63,687 bases of DNA, filler included, from Sphacelaria rigidula (GCA_964200075.2; 6 parts of 6 records of this genome joined end to end with filler, not necessarily neighbours in it), one strand, 5' to 3'; shown: positions 37,490 through 51,357, counted from the whole stretch's first letter. A program made the numbers and translations. Notes: generated by a model not told the origin, from the sequence alone.

Positions 37490-40400
37490 CTGATTGAGCT
37501 TTGAGGCAAATAGCCTCGAAGTACTCGCAACCTCGTCTGCTTCGGTCCCTATCGCTTCTTCAACCGTCACCAACCCTCCATTTTTCTTCTCAGACCCTCT
37601 AGCGAGGATGCTCCCCAGCGCCGCGCCCATGGTATCGGGAGCACCGCTGCTGGGGCGGCCCCCTACCACCCCCATTCCTACCCCCCGACCGTTACTGGTG
37701 ACGAGCTTTGGCGGTGCGGATGTAAATGCGCCACGTGAGGCACTCTGTATCATGAGAGTTTGGAGATCACGGAGGCAAAGGGGGTGGATCGGGAAGCCGC
37801 TACTCGTAAGGGGGCGGCAGGAGTACCTGAGTTGAATGTTCAGCGCAATCACAGCTAACGCCAGCGAACCGGCGAGTACTGTGCCTGTAACAATGTTTTC
37901 GTGAGAATGAGAGTAGAGCGCTGATTGAGAGTAGCTTCTTTAATTTGCTTCAACTTCGCCACTTTTTTATTTTGTGTGTCCTTTTATTTCCCTCCACCAC
38001 TGGCGTGTGCTTACAGCTACACGTCGATATCTTTCTCAGGGATACCAAGGGTCTCAGTGGCAAGCTACTACAGAAAAGGTATTGGGCCTCGTGGAGGGGC
38101 ATTTCGGAACTAAAACGGGTCATTCACGAATTGACCGCTTTTCACTCTCAATGGTATCCTCTACTCTCAATCTCACGAAAACCTTGTTCTGTCTGCTTCA
38201 CAGGATGCACAGGTCACACACATGCAGGGGTAAACGAGGTACGTAGACCCGGAGAAAAATTTATGTGTATGCTTGTACGTGAGGTTTTGATGCTGTTCGC
38301 TTTGGCTTGGCTTGCTTGTGTACTTACCACCCGAGGATATCGCCGGATACTGTTTCATCGTCTTGTGGGAAATTTGCTTCGTTCCACCGCGGGTCTGGTT
38401 GTTGATGAGCAGGTGGCGTTAAGTTCATTGTGATGGCTTCTGGATGTAGTCGTGGCATTTTCAAAAGGAACGCTTGCACTCCCTGCGACGGAGTTGAGCA
38501 CAATCGTGCCCTAATAAAGGAGGGAGAACTCACACTGATGGTCAAACGTCCCCCCAGGCGGGATTCGTGGACACTCCATCGCCGATGATTTTCGATCGAC
38601 AGTATTCTGCACATATTTTAGTCGTAACAGCTGAAAGGAAGGAGAAGGAAGAGAGAAACATAAAAATAAATAAAGAACGCAGCCTCTCAAATTCGCCTGC
38701 ATGGCTGGGGGGGGTTGTCAGCGAGGTCGGTTTATTGGTATTTCCAACTCTCGTTACATTTTCAACCTTGTTTTAGACCTCTGAGTCTTTTCTCACTGGG
38801 CGAAAACTAGCTGTGACGCCCGATGGAGACTATATGGAGAAGAAAAAAGAGCCATCTTCTCGCAGGCCCCCGCCGAAAGTTAAGTAATTAAAGTGCGCCG
38901 CACCTTCCCTCTCAAGAAGTAACAATCTTCGGGATCAGAACCCCACGTCGCCCCGACCACTTTGGCCTCGTGATGGCTATATCGGAGGCCCGTCGTCCTT
39001 GTCTGTCCTCCACCCCTTGTTTCTCCTCCGCGGGAAGATTTACCAGCTTTGGGGGTGTTCTCGACAATATCTCTCAAAGGATCCTCGACCTGTGATCAGT
39101 TTGAGTTATACAACATGATGATCAGTTTCCGTGGATGTATACTCAACTGGGGATGATGTTCTGGTATCCTCGGTACCGCATAGCATCGGCACATTCACGG
39201 ATATTTTCCGGTAACGTGATGATAACGGCATGGAGCGGTACAGCGACGTTGGGGAGGAATGTGAGCGGGAGCAATGATGATATTACCTGGGGAGAGAAGT
39301 GGAAACGATAGTTTGAATCAGGAAACAAAAATGATACCCCCGCCCCGACCCACCCACCGGATCCCACCCAGCCGGCCTACCTCCGCCCTTGGCCCAGTCC
39401 GTGGAACGACCCTGTATCCGCGAACGTGTGGTAAAGAGCTGCCTCTAATATTTTCCCAATACTTCTCCACAGACAACTGAAGAACCGTATTGCGCCGACA
39501 AATATAGAAGTCGTATGACGCCACATTTGTCTGTGTCGAGTTTAGTCGGAGGATGAATCCATATCACTACGGAGGCAGGATCCTCCTCAATCCAAATCCC
39601 ACGCACTGTCATGATCGTTCATGTTATTACTCTCTATCCTACTATACGGGAGCTGGATGCTCCACCAGTCTAGGTATATATCGCGCACATCACAAGAATG
39701 GAATAATGCCGATAATGAAGCTGGGCAATTCGTGCTCGAGCCATGCTCATGGGCTCGCAAATGGCATAGCGTGCACGCTTTATGGCCAGCGTTGAAGCAG
39801 AGCCAAGATACCTTCGCTCCATCCCATTGCACACTGGCTCACCACTCTGAGGGCAGTGCAGTTCAGCCTTCAGTTGACATTACCGTGATGACGCACGTCG
39901 AGGCAATTGTGGATGTGGAGTTAGTTACACCGGCGTTGAAGTATTTCCTCCTAAAATCTCAACCTTGATTCAGGTGATGAGGCACTCCGTGAGTTGGTTT
40001 GTACGTGTTGGGGACGTTCATGGCTCTTGTCGTTTTCCTTTCACTACTAAACCTCGCCAATTTATTATTGTTTGGTAGTTTCTTCACGTCAAAGAGCTGT
40101 AAAAGGCAAGAGACAGCGAACTTGCTTGTAGTAGAACTTATCCAGTCATTCCTATTCTTCCTTCGAAGACGGTCGTGAGAACTACCACAACCCACTGTTT
40201 TGACTGGATTTGATGGTCGCACTTTAACTGACTCCCCCAGGGGTCCAGCCATGGTCTCATGATAGACGTACCCAACAAAAACGAAACTGAAACATGCTCT
40301 AAGGGAAAAAAGAAGAAAACCTCACTGCTGGTGAAATTTACTATCTGGCGCGTGCGGTCTTGCAAGCCAACAAACATTCCTGACGGTGGATATAAGACAA

Positions 40401-42229
40401 TGCGTGTACTGGACTCTTACCACGCAGCAGTTGTTGAAGTACCACGGAATTTCTATTTCTGCAACGGCCGCGGAACGCTCCGCGATCTCCAGAACGTGCA
40501 GGCTGCTGGTATATCTGACGCAATACCTGTGGACGCGACAGAAGAGATCGTGTCAACTTCGTTGTCTGCGAGGCGATTTCTGGTATTTACTGTAGCGATA
40601 TTTGGTCGCGGTGCATCTACAAAAGTCAAGAAGCGTTTTGTGTAGCGGGGGTGCAGATCATACGGTTCGGAAAGACGCTCAATATTTTCCCCATTGATTG
40701 CGTGTGTGCGAGAAATAAAAGCCCTCCCGACCGCTGGTCTGGGTAGCATTGCAAACATCTTTGCCCTGCAAAGCCGAACTGATAGTACTTGCAGGTCACG
40801 ACTTCCGGCTCTTGTTTTTCTATGGGGCGTCACCCGCTTGACTGCGAAGTAGCCCTCGATCTCATCTCCCGGAGACTTCATGCATGGAAAGATTCAAGTC
40901 ACTAAAGAGTTGAATGCTAGTAAAATACAAGGACTAAACTTCAGCGGAGTTGAACTTTCTGTGCAGGTCAACAGAATGTGGCAAATCTTTCGGTCGACAG
41001 AAACAGAGGACAATGGGGGAAAAATCCAAGCGAAGAACTGTTGAAAAGCACTTCATCCCCAGCGCAAGTATCTGCATCGCTCCGAATCGTACAGCAGTCG
41101 GGCTCGTCTCCAACCCACGTAAGGTAAACCAAGATACACACGTATCATTGATGAAATTATCCCACCTATTTTCGACGCTACTCGCAAGCCTTTAACTACC
41201 AAGCAATTGTCTCTGGTCAAGCTGATACCCGTATACACTAGATCGACTTTAATACCCCCATCCTTTCTAGGGTACAGCAGGTGAATTCATGCGAAGGCAC
41301 GGCCACACGAGGCATAGGCACGGGATGAAGAATTGGTTCCGTGGTTATGTCGAGAGCACGTGCTTGATTCCGATACCGCTGAACATCCACGGGGATCTTT
41401 TCCCAGAAAGATCGCTAGCTGTCTGGTCTACACGAGGGACTTCGTCGCTTGACAGCTGTCAACCTGTGCATACTCTACTTCATATCTCCGAAGCTAGACT
41501 CGGGAACCAGAGTACGAGCATTGCCGTCAAGTAGTCAGCCTTCTGTGGGAGCATAGTGCTCTCAGTTAGGCCGCTTTCACTACCGTAGGGTTGAAGAACG
41601 CAAGTGATCTTCTGAACAAGGTAACTCTAGAGACACGTGACACAGGGTTTGGCCGGGTACGATCGGACCTTGTGTATATAGGATAATGCGCCCCGGTGAC
41701 AGTGACATGGATGACCAAACCATCGTCCATACGTGAGTTTGGTGGTTCGATTTATGGGCCGGTGAAAGCATACCTTCTCGGACTTCGCCATGGAAACATT
41801 AATTATGCAGCAGAATATTCTGCGAGAGAATGCGATAGTTCACTACAAGGTGATGTTATTGGAAAATACTGCGTAGTCATTTTCCAGCGTCTGACGAGCG
41901 AGGGAGGAAGCGCCGTGACTTCCGTGCGATAATACAGGGGCAGGCCGTAAGACAACCTGTGCATTGCTATACTAGCTTTCAGACCTCGAGGTTCTGTAGA
42001 GGAAGACTGTCGGATGAACGAAGATAACGCACTTGCTTCGAAAACAGGTGGGATCGACTGCGTACTGTACCAAATTTGTTTCGATCAAACCTATCGAGCA
42101 CTGCCAACGGAGTTGTTCCAGATGATGACGCTGCTCCCCCCGCCGATCGAGGTCGACAACCCTGAACGCCAGACCCCAGTCGCCCTGGTGTAAAGTTCTC
42201 CTCCAAAGGTAAGGCGTGGACCGGTACTG
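37490..42229 (-). CDS. Putative host gene fragment of unknown function; candidate exons 42229-41985, 39089-38904 and 37744-37490
   Basis: Three stop-free segments with CAG| and |GT boundaries and compatible phase-0 junctions (...PLQNLE / VEDPLRDIVEN...FLRGK / SASRGAF...SKLNQ); Gly/Ser-rich; no domain recognised. Confidence 0.5.
37889..38188. mobile_element. ~300-bp MITE; other copies at 61732-62030 and an end fragment at 1-68
   Basis: TIR AACAA(T/G)GTTTTCGTGAGA.TGAGAGT / CTCTCAATCTCACGAAAACCTTGTT; shared core TTACAGCTACACGT.GATAT...GCATTTCGGAACT. Confidence 0.85.
40700..41900 (-). pseudogene. Highly decayed gypsy integrase/chromodomain relic
   Basis: LWFPSLASEI...DSCQATK (~41515-41440) resembles the integrase HHCC region; GYFAVKRVTPHRKTRAGSRDLQV (~40855-40786) resembles a chromodomain start; many frame breaks. 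Confidence 0.45.
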
Positions 42230-42528
42230 CTGTTAGGAGCCCGTGTTGAACGACGGTCAGTTCCTATGAAGGTAGGGTTACCCGGGGGGCAGGGGGGAGG
42301 AGTTCAGAAGAAGTGATCACATGATGCTTCAAAAATTGTCGGACGGGGGGACGGGGGGAAGGGGGGTGGGGGGGGTGTACTCATCTATCGCTTACCTTAG
42401 TTGTTCGACCATTGGCCACGGATCCCTTNNNNNNNNNNNNNNNNNNNNNNNNNNNNNNNNNNNNNNNNNNNNTTAATTAATTAANNNNNNNNNNNNNNNN
42501 NNNNNNNNNNNNNNNNNNNNNNNNNNNN

Positions 42529-42600
42529 ATACCACGGTATGGGATACCCCCGGTAAGTACCGGGGGTACGCTCGGTAAGGTACCTTACCTACGGTGCCTG
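42529..42600. mobile_element. Terminal fragment of a CAGG-ended TIR element (same TIR family as 63309)
   Basis: TACCTTACCTACGGTGCCTG reverse-complements to CAGGCACCGTAGGTAAGGTA; compare CAGGTACCGTAGGTAAGGTA at 63309. Confidence 0.75.
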
Positions 42601-43908
42601 TATGTAGGCGAGCTTTTACTACTACTTTTGTAGGCTACTTTTGTAGGCTGGCCCAGCTCGTATGGGAACATCGGTGTGCTGTAAGCAGCAGTCATCGTTT
42701 TCTTATCGATGGCGTCCCCGAGAGATAGGTACAGCGCCGGTGCAACGCCGGTGAAAATACTGCGATGGAGGTGATGATGTGACAGAGAGAAAGTGGGCAT
42801 CGGTTCGGATACCGCTTCATTCCTACGTATAGTCAGTAGTTGCTGCTGCCACGAGTACAAAACGTCGATGAGAAAAGAACGCGCTTGACGGGTGCAATTT
42901 TCAATATTCACGTACCCCTCAAGTTTTGTTCTCCCTCGGGAAATCGTGATTTCAGTTCGCTCTATGCGCAAAACGGAAGGGAGACAGCTGGCCGCTGTAA
43001 TGTCTGTGTACTGTGTACTGTGTACTGTGTACTGTACTACCTGTACTACTGTGAATTATGCTACACTGTTCGCTGTTCGAGCTACTGCTACTGCTACTGG
43101 CGTGCTGTGGTGCCGAACCCGAATCCGTCCATTCGTGATTGAACCGGTATTAATTACACCGCAGTTAAACTTCCGTTACATGCCCGACAATATTCACACA
43201 CGTCCCACGTCCCACTCCATCACCATACATATCGTCCACCGTCCACCCCCTTCTCTACTGCTGGTTGAGTGCTTTTTAATCTGGACGCACTAATACAGTT
43301 TTGCTCAAGAAAAGGAACACAAACGGGAGGCGTGGTAATCTCGATTGAGGCGAAGGACATCGTGGGGATTTTGCACCTCATAGCGAGGACGGGTCTGCTG
43401 GCTCACTGAGGAAAAATGTGAGTCTTGTCGCGGGGCTAATCGTGCAGGTAACGGCGTATACCACCCCCCGATGGATGGGCTCCAAGTGTATTTGTTTCTG
43501 GGGAAAGGAATTGTTTCTGAGGAAAGGAGGCTGTATTAACCGGATGCCGTGGATCGGAAGAGATCGACAGAGTCTCTCAGGAGGTAGCCATAGAGTATTT
43601 TGCCTTTGCAGCTCCGAGAAAACCCAGGTTGCAAAGCTTGTCACCCGGGAAAAGCCGGGTTACATACCCCGTCAACTCACCAACGTACAGTATAGGTCAC
43701 GGACTCGTCGGTTATAGACCGCTGACGAACACTAGGGTTGTTACCTGAGTGGCCATACGATACAGTCACTTTTCCGTTGTTCTGCTGCTTCTTCTACTGC
43801 TCCTGCTGCTGTTTTTCGTCGTCGTCATTGTTGTTGCTTTTGTTGCTGTTTCCGGCGGTACGGTTGTAGCACTTTTAATAGTTTTTTTGTGAGATTTATG
43901 TTTTGCAG

Positions 43909-44203
43909 ACCCTGAAAAACTGGGCAGAAACGGTCTTGTTGTTCCTCACTGTTGTGAGGGCGGAACAGACAGCGCGGTGCGGTCGTGTATACCATACACC
44001 ATACACCAGGCCGCGCCTTTCGACCTTCCCTTTGATTGACCCACCAGATGCTTGACTGTCTTGCAGCACTCCACCACCAAGCTTTGTCAAGAACTCAGTT
44101 TCACTCTGGGGCTGACGGCAACAGCGACGATGGCTTCGTCGTGGGTCTGGAATACCGCACTGCATTTCCGTTCCGTGTCTCCGATCTCTCCACAACCAAA
44201 GTG
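43909..44203 (+). CDS. Possible pair of exons (43909-43976 and 44048-44203), unknown product
   Basis: TTTTGCAG| and CCACCAG| acceptors, GT donors, joinable in phase 0 without stops; no recognisable domain. Confidence 0.3.
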
Positions 44204-46948
44204 GTAACAACGGCGATACTACTACTGTAAAGTACAGTAGTGTACTGTTCTTCTACTGAATACACATGAAGACAAATGCGACTTGTTGTTCGACGAGACA
44301 CTCTAGACTTTCGGGGGGGGGGAGAGGGGGGAAGAGGGGGTTGATGCGATTCGCGTCACTGTATTTAGAACAGGCGATGGGTGTCTCGTACACCTGCTCA
44401 CAAACCTTGCTTGCGTATCACGTTGACATGTCACTGGCATCCGACTTTCGCAGCAGAGTCGATGGCGGGCGTATACAACAACACGTGGGTGCCTTTTCAA
44501 GACGCTCATGGCCGGCAAGGCTGGTGAGTGCTGCCCCGACCAACCTTGCAATGTTTAAATCTGACTTGAGTGTACGGTGACTCGAGCTGTCTATAGAAGT
44601 GTACTCTCTGTTTGTGTGCACTGTACTGTCTGAACGGGGGTTTTCATGCCATCCCACACTCCAAGACATGAAACGCGTGGACTCCCGGCAACTTTCAAGT
44701 TTTTGCTGCAGCCTCAGCAGGCAGGTTGGGCGCTCGTTCTGTTGCGGCACCTTCTCTCTCAAGCAGAGGTGACAGCGCACTGCCCAAGCCACACTGAACT
44801 GAAGATTGCCCCCAAAGACTCTACCTTTGCTTTATGTGAAGCTCTGTTCATGTCGGCAAGGTGTCGGCGCAGATAATTAGGGCGCGGGCCGCTTCCTGCA
44901 GCGCCTCTTGCAGCGGTTGCAACATGTCATGTAAGTTGTTGCTGTGGTATCCGCGGTTGACGAGTTCTTCAGTCGATTATTAGTATAGGGAGTTGGTCGC
45001 TATCTATATCTAGTCTTGACATCCTAAATTACGCACTAAACTTTCGAAATAATGATGCTGATGATGTATAACGTGCCGCCCGGCTGCAGCGTGTCCTACA
45101 GGACAGCGCACCGCAGGAGTACAGTACGTGCAGTACAATATGGCGCACTGCTGCAGGAATCCGGCTGATGTACGGTTAAGGATGCCCTTTCTGTCTTGTG
45201 CCCAAGTCCACGACTCAATTAGTAAAGCACCCAAACGCCGCTACGTGAACAGTAACACCTGACAAGAGCCCGTGTTGTGCGACTGCGTGGGCACGATTTC
45301 GCAGCCGCTTCCGTCTGTTCTTCAGTACTGGTTTCACCAAGTTTTACTGATGGTTTGTGTGCACAACAGTCATTCGTGAGGGTGGCACGTCACCCACTTT
45401 TGGTCGTTCTTCCCCTCCCGTGTAGCGTGCATGCACTGTTGTGCCTCGCTGGGCTGTCTGTCGTCGTACTCTCTCCAAAATTGACTATTTTGTATCGTTG
45501 AAAACAGTCAACGTACACTTCGTAGGCCACTATAGCGAGCTAGCTGTCTGGCCGGGAATAACGTCGGGTGTTTGTCTGCCAAGATATTGACCCGTTATTC
45601 ATTACTGCTCTCGAGGAACACTGCACAGTCGGGGTCCAGCCAAGTTAGCTTGTTTGGACTCCAGTGCCATTTTTGGAACAAAATTACCGCCTGACCTTTG
45701 ATACCCTTGTCAACCCTGAAGCCAAGCAGCTCCTCTCTGCGACTATTATCCACGACAGTACCGTGCCATGTACGCGGGGTCATGTACACAGGGTCCTGAA
45801 TCCCTGGCCGATGCAAATGGAGGTTCGGGATAGATGAAGAGGAACTGAGGGATAAGATTCATGTTCAGAGTCTAGGATTGCAAATATGCTTGAGTCCATC
45901 ATCACATCACAACCGACACTGCTTTGTCAGCTTCCGTTTTTTCGCGCTTTTTCAGACGGCGTTGAGAATTTTTCGAAAACGAAGCGGCATGATTTTTTCC
46001 ACCGAAGCTTCGAATTCGAATAAGTCTGAAAAATTCTGACTGCAACTCAGCACTGCGGATGTATGCTCTGTGTGCACGCTGTTGCGCTACAATGGCAAGC
46101 ACTCGGCAGTCATCAGATACCTTGCCAGTCGCGAAAAAATCGGAGATCTCCGAAAATATTGCGTCGATTATCATGGGCCCTTTAGGATGAGGTAAAATAC
46201 GAGCACGAGTAATTTGAGGTGTACATACTCCAGGTAGGCACTCCTCTGGATTACAGTACACGGTATCTCCGGTAGTCGATATTTATTATTTTTTTTGTCC
46301 ATTTATTATTCTCTGGTAGTCGATACTCAAGGTAGACTTGAATGCCTTTGATAGAAATGCACAGACTGCATTATTTTACCGCACAGGTTCGACTGTGAAG
46401 ACTCTCCTGTTCTGCTGTGCAGCGTCACTCCGCCCAAAGTGGGAAATGTTGAAATGTTGAGTACGGTGCAGTACTGTACTGTGTACTACGTGATATGCGG
46501 ACGCACTGTTGTCGCTCCGGCGGCTCAGTTATAACAGCAACCTCGACACCTTCTGATGGCTGGGACGTGGATTTCAATCTCGGGGGACTCTCACCACCTG
46601 AGATTTTTCCCATCATAACCCAACAATGGAGAGCGACTATGCCGTGGATACACGAAATTCGACGTCATGGTCGACGAAGAGAGGGAACCGCTTAATCCTT
46701 TTCGCGATAAAGAGCAAGACAAGCGCGCCGCATAAGCAAAGGTGGAGTGCTGAAAAGGGAAATAAGAGTACAAACTCCCGTGTTTATCTTACTCTCGTGT
46801 GACCCCGACTGTTGCACCCACATAATATGCCGAAATAGGTACACTGGCGCCCAGAATAGATGGGATGCAACATAACACAACCGTTACTCTGTCGTGGATA
46901 CTAAATGCATCGTAGACGCTGTCTGTACGAGTACTGACTGACCGATTT

Positions 46949-47251
46949 TTAACCCTTTGATCGCGAGGGTAGGTCATCTGTTGCATCGGCATCAATTTCA
47001 CTTGGAAGAAGTATGAATGAATTGGTGGACTACCCTCGCGGTCTAAGGGTTAACCCTTTGACCGCGAGCGTAGGGCACCTGCAGAATCGGCATCAATTTC
47101 TCTTCAAAATGTACGCGTGATCCAGATGGACTACCCGCATCGCATTCAAAGGGATGGCGAGAATGGGTCATCTGTTGAATCGGCATCAGTTTCACTCAAA
47201 ACAAGCATGCGTGATCCAGATAGACGCCTCGCATCGTGGTCTAAGGGTTGA
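46949..47251. mobile_element. Array of three ~100-bp piggyBac-like miniature units
   Basis: TTAA-CCCTTTGATCGCGAGGGTAG...CTACCCTCGCGGTCTAAGGG-TTAA (46953-47049); the next unit starts at 47054 sharing the TTAA; the third unit is 5'-truncated. Confidence 0.8.
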
Positions 47252-48099
47252 ATCTCAGAGGCTGGAAAATCAAGCTCTACCTGTACGCTCAGCTGCTCCG
47301 CTGGACACCACCTGTACTGTTGCACCGTCAGCGCGGGTGCCGAATTTGAACTGGTTGTACAAAAGCTGCGCACCGCGGCAAGATGCTGTTTGGAACTTGG
47401 CGTATCCTCGCTCTCCGACAGCTATAAGGTTATGGCGGACGCTGTCGGCATGGATCGTGGCGGACCCTCTTCAGTGCAAGGTGGAGGAGATCATGTGAAG
47501 GAAGTGGGGACGAACGGGGGAGAGGGGGCTGCACGAACTAGTCAGTTGTGGTCAGGCTGGCGCTAGCTCGGGCAGGTGGTACCGCAGAAGCGTGCCATGC
47601 AGTATTTCGACAGCGTTGAGAGTGTGTTCTTGAGGCTAGGCCATGCTAAATACACTTTGTCTTCTGCCCCATGTGTATACGTGGATACCGTACGTACACA
47701 GGGTTGTTAGCGGCCGTGCATTCCGCCGGTGCCCTGAGGCAGGAACGCGTCAAGTTGTCGACAGCCTCGGAAGTTTACGCCGAATCTGTCAACTCGTGCG
47801 ATTCCTATACCTCTGCCTTGAGCCGAACCACCCTCCAATTCGTGCGCTGCGTACTCCTGCTGGGCATCGGTGCTGTTATGTGCCTGTGCATATAATAGTG
47901 TAAAATGAACCGTGCTACGCTGTTGCCGCATACTGTACTCGCGCACTGTCTAATCGCCACATACAGCGGACGGCACAGGTAGTGCCGCAGGGTTTACGTG
48001 CAGTACCGTACAAGTCCCTCCTCCTGTTTACCTCTTCGTGCAATGCCCATTTTTTCCATTTCTGCATACTGCCCGTAAGGGCCTGTCTCACCAATGGCA

Positions 48100-48255
48100 C
48101 ATAAGTTTTCGACCAAAGTTGTGCGGTCGAAAGCAAAAATCCCGATTTGACAGTTCATGACTTCAACCATCCTCAAAATCAACGACGATGGTTGAAATCA
48201 CGACCAATCAGATCGGGACTTTGCTTTGCACCGCACAAAATCGATCGAAAACTAA
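48100..48255. repeat. Imperfect palindrome, ~155 bp
   Basis: GTGCGGTCGAAAGCAAAAATCCCGATTTGA...TTCAACCATC versus GATGGTTGAA...TCAGATCGGGACTTTGCTTTGCACCGCAC. Confidence 0.75.
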
Positions 48256-48967
48256 TGCGCTAAGATAGACTGCCTAATAGTCGAAACCGATGTTTTCCTC
48301 ATAGCAAATTTTCAGCGGTCGATATGTGATCTATATGCGACATTTGGGGACTGAGAGGTTCAGTAGCGTTTCGGTGAAGTAGTCATTTTGACTCACCATA
48401 TATGCCACTGCAAACGTTCACCACTCAAATTTGGTACGCAAACTCCCCTGCAAGAAAAGATCGAGATTGAACATCTTCGGGGGTCAAAACGGCCGATTAG
48501 CCCCCTTTCACGCCCGAGGTGGTGGGATTATCTCTTCAATTGGCATTTCTTTTCTTGCGAGACATGTTCATCTGTTCTGTACGCAAATTAGTTTTTTTGC
48601 CAGGTGAAACGTGATGCGGGTTCAACGGATGACCTATCCTGGCCGTGAAAAGGTGAAAGACCCAGGCGTCCCATCCTAGGGGGGGGTCAAAGGATGGATG
48701 ATTGATGAGCCCGCCAATTCAAGGCTCCCCGATCGCTGTATGGAGCGGACCTGATTTAGGTCTCACCTGTTCCTACCTCACGACTTAACTGCCTGGTGAC
48801 GTAATAACGCATGGCATGCTTTGCCCGTCAAGCGCCAAACCGCCTCAACTGGACAGTATGTGAACCTTCCATCCGGAAACATGCCGAAACAGTGCAAACT
48901 GACGATGGTGTGGCCATCCTTGGAGTAGTTCCATCTCTCTCGAGTTGAATAGTCAACTTCGCCTAAT

Positions 48968-49285
48968 TTAACCCTTAGACCGCGGGGGTAGCCCATCTGG
49001 AACGTAATTATTTTCTTCCAGCGAAGTTGATGACGATTCAACTGATGACCCACTCTCGCCGTCTAAGGGTTGACCCATTGACCGCGGTGTGGGTAGTCCA
49101 TTTAGATCACGCATACTTTTTTGAAGTGAATATTGATGCCGATTCAGCAGGTGACCTACCCCCGCGGTCCAAGGGTCAACTCTTGGATCGCGAGGGTAGG
49201 TCATCTGCTGAATCGGCATCAATATTGACTCGAAAAAAACATCTATAATCCAGATGGACTACCCGCACCGCAGTCTAATGGTCAA
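48968..49285. mobile_element. Second array of three piggyBac-like miniature units (two reverse, one forward)
   Basis: TTAA-CCCTTAGACCGC...TAAGGG-TTGA-CCCATTGACCGC...CAAGGG-TCAA-CTCTTGGATCGC...TAATGG-TCAA; the core reads ATTGATGCCGATTC and then GAATCGGCATCAAT. Confidence 0.8.
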
Positions 49286-49700
49286 GAAAGTTGAGCCGCT
49301 CTTATTGTCCCAACAATAAGGACTTGATGGATGATCTGAAAAGTTCTTTTATTGCACCCATCCTGAAATTTTTCAGGTTCTAAAACTCTCAAAACCACTG
49401 CTTGAAAGATCCAAGATGACTAGGAGAACATCCCCCGAGGACGGCGCTTTCCCAAGTGCTGTCATTAACCCTTCTGGGGCTGGACCTCCTGAACGACAGA
49501 TGAGGCTGGTTTGGAATGACGCGTCTGGCCTTTGCACGAAACAGTGGCTTCATGTTGCTGGAAATCCACGCTTGTAACCGCAGGCTCAAGACCGAAAGTT
49601 GTATCCAATTTATTTTCAGGTGCAGGTGAAAACTGTGATTCGTAGAGTTGTGAACTGTTTCGGCTGACCAGCTGACTGGTTGGAAAAAATTTCAACCAGT

Positions 49701-50185
49701 TAGGCCGCTCCTTATAACAGACAAGAATGAAAATCTGGAACAGTGTACTTTTGAAACTTTAACATCGTTTTATGCCACGAAAAAGAGCTAGGCTGAGTTT
49801 GACACCTTGGGATGACTTGCTCTACTAGTTGAGGCGGTTCCAGGACATCTTGCCGTTTTCCGGTGGCCGCAGTTTTCATTTTGGCCAAACAAGAATTTTT
49901 GTCCAACAACGGTGAAGAGCAATCAAATCGAGGAAAAATCGCCACTTTTCTCTGGACTCGACTGTTTTGTTACCGTTGTTGGACAAGAAAAATTGTTTGG
50001 CCAAACGAAAAGTGCGGCCACCGGAAAACGGCAAGATGTCCTGGAACCGCCTCAACTAGTAGAGCAAGTCATTCCAAGGTGTCAAACTTAGCCTAGCTAT
50101 TTTTTGGGGGGTAAAATGACGTGGAAGCTCAATAAAGGCACTTTTCCAGTTTTTTTATTTTCGTCTCTTACAAGGAGCGGGCCTA
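49701..50185. mobile_element. Foldback MITE, ~485 bp
   Basis: TAGGCCGCTCCTT versus AAGGAGCGGGCCTA at the ends; long exact arm match TGACTTGCTCTACTAGTTGAGGCGGTTCCAGGACATCTTGCCGTTTTCCGGTGGCCGCA with its reverse complement at ~50012-50071. Confidence 0.9.
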
Positions 50186-50251
50186 GAGTTATCAGTCAAC
50201 ACTGACCGCCAGCGTTGCCTGGCAAGGCAAAGCGGCGGAGTCGCGTGAACG

Positions 50252-50292
<41 letters not shown>

Positions 50293-51357
50293 CCGCGGCC
50301 CCCCCCCGCCCGCGCCGCCCCCGCCCCCCGCGCACCACCNNNNNNNNNNGGGGGCCCAGGTGTTTCCGAAAAACCGCCCCCCCCGCGCGGCCCGGGAGGG
50401 AAAAGGGGGGGGGGGGGGGGCGCCCCCCCCCCCCCCCCCCCCCTTCCCCCCCCCGGCTGCTGAGGGAGCCTCGCCGGAGGCAAGAAGATTACGCCATCTG
50501 GCTTCACTTCTCTTTAATATCGCGGTAAATTCTAGCCGCCTAGCGCCAGCAATTCGAGCACGAAATCGGCGCACAAAAATGTGTATGTACGAGGATCGAA
50601 CGGGGCCGCCGCGTCCTCCACGATAGGCGTGAAAATGAATGGATTTAATTTGCGAGATTGTGGAAGTAATTACTCCTCTACCAAGAGGTCGAGCAAGAGA
50701 TCTGACGCGTGTATCGGTTATGAACCTGTGTTCTGTGTGATCAGTGGAGAAGGAAAACCTGGTATGGGTGTGGTATGATCTGTATTAAGAAACGCGAACG
50801 TTAAAAGCGCGGAATGGTGGATGAAACACACTGAATTCTGTTGATCGTTTTGGAAGTGTGAACAATGCCCAACACCCGAATGTGTCACAGACAATGCGTT
50901 CTGTGAAAAAAAAGAAGCTGAAACACGGAGAAAAAAGTGAATTCGTTTTCCGAAAGTAGGAGTTTGCCCAGAAGTTGATATTTAACTCACGAAAGAGCAA
51001 CATCTCTGTGTACGACTGTTGGTTGAAATTCGCTCCAACGTATTACCTATTCCACTTTCGACGTTGCACTAAAAAAGCTACACTTCTTGAGTAAGCAAAA
51101 AAAACGCGACTTCATTTACTGTGGTCATGACGGACCACATGGACAGATACCTTCCGTGAGGAAATAGTGTGACGAGAATACGTTTTTTCTCAAGAAATAA
51201 TTCCTTGCCAACAATTGCACAAACTTGAGACGGAAAAGTAAAGGCACATTAGGAAACCCTCGCGAAACAACCGGTGACGCACCCCCAGTTTGTATCTTGC
51301 TTACGAAGAAGCAATGTATTTGTGTACCACCTGCTAGTTGAAATATCCCCCAACATT

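Noticed and set aside
50155..50626. Gly/Pro-rich ORFs and a G-quadruplex-like tract
   Set aside because: Poly-C/G runs around an N gap look like low-quality sequence; several contig ends show the same homopolymers.
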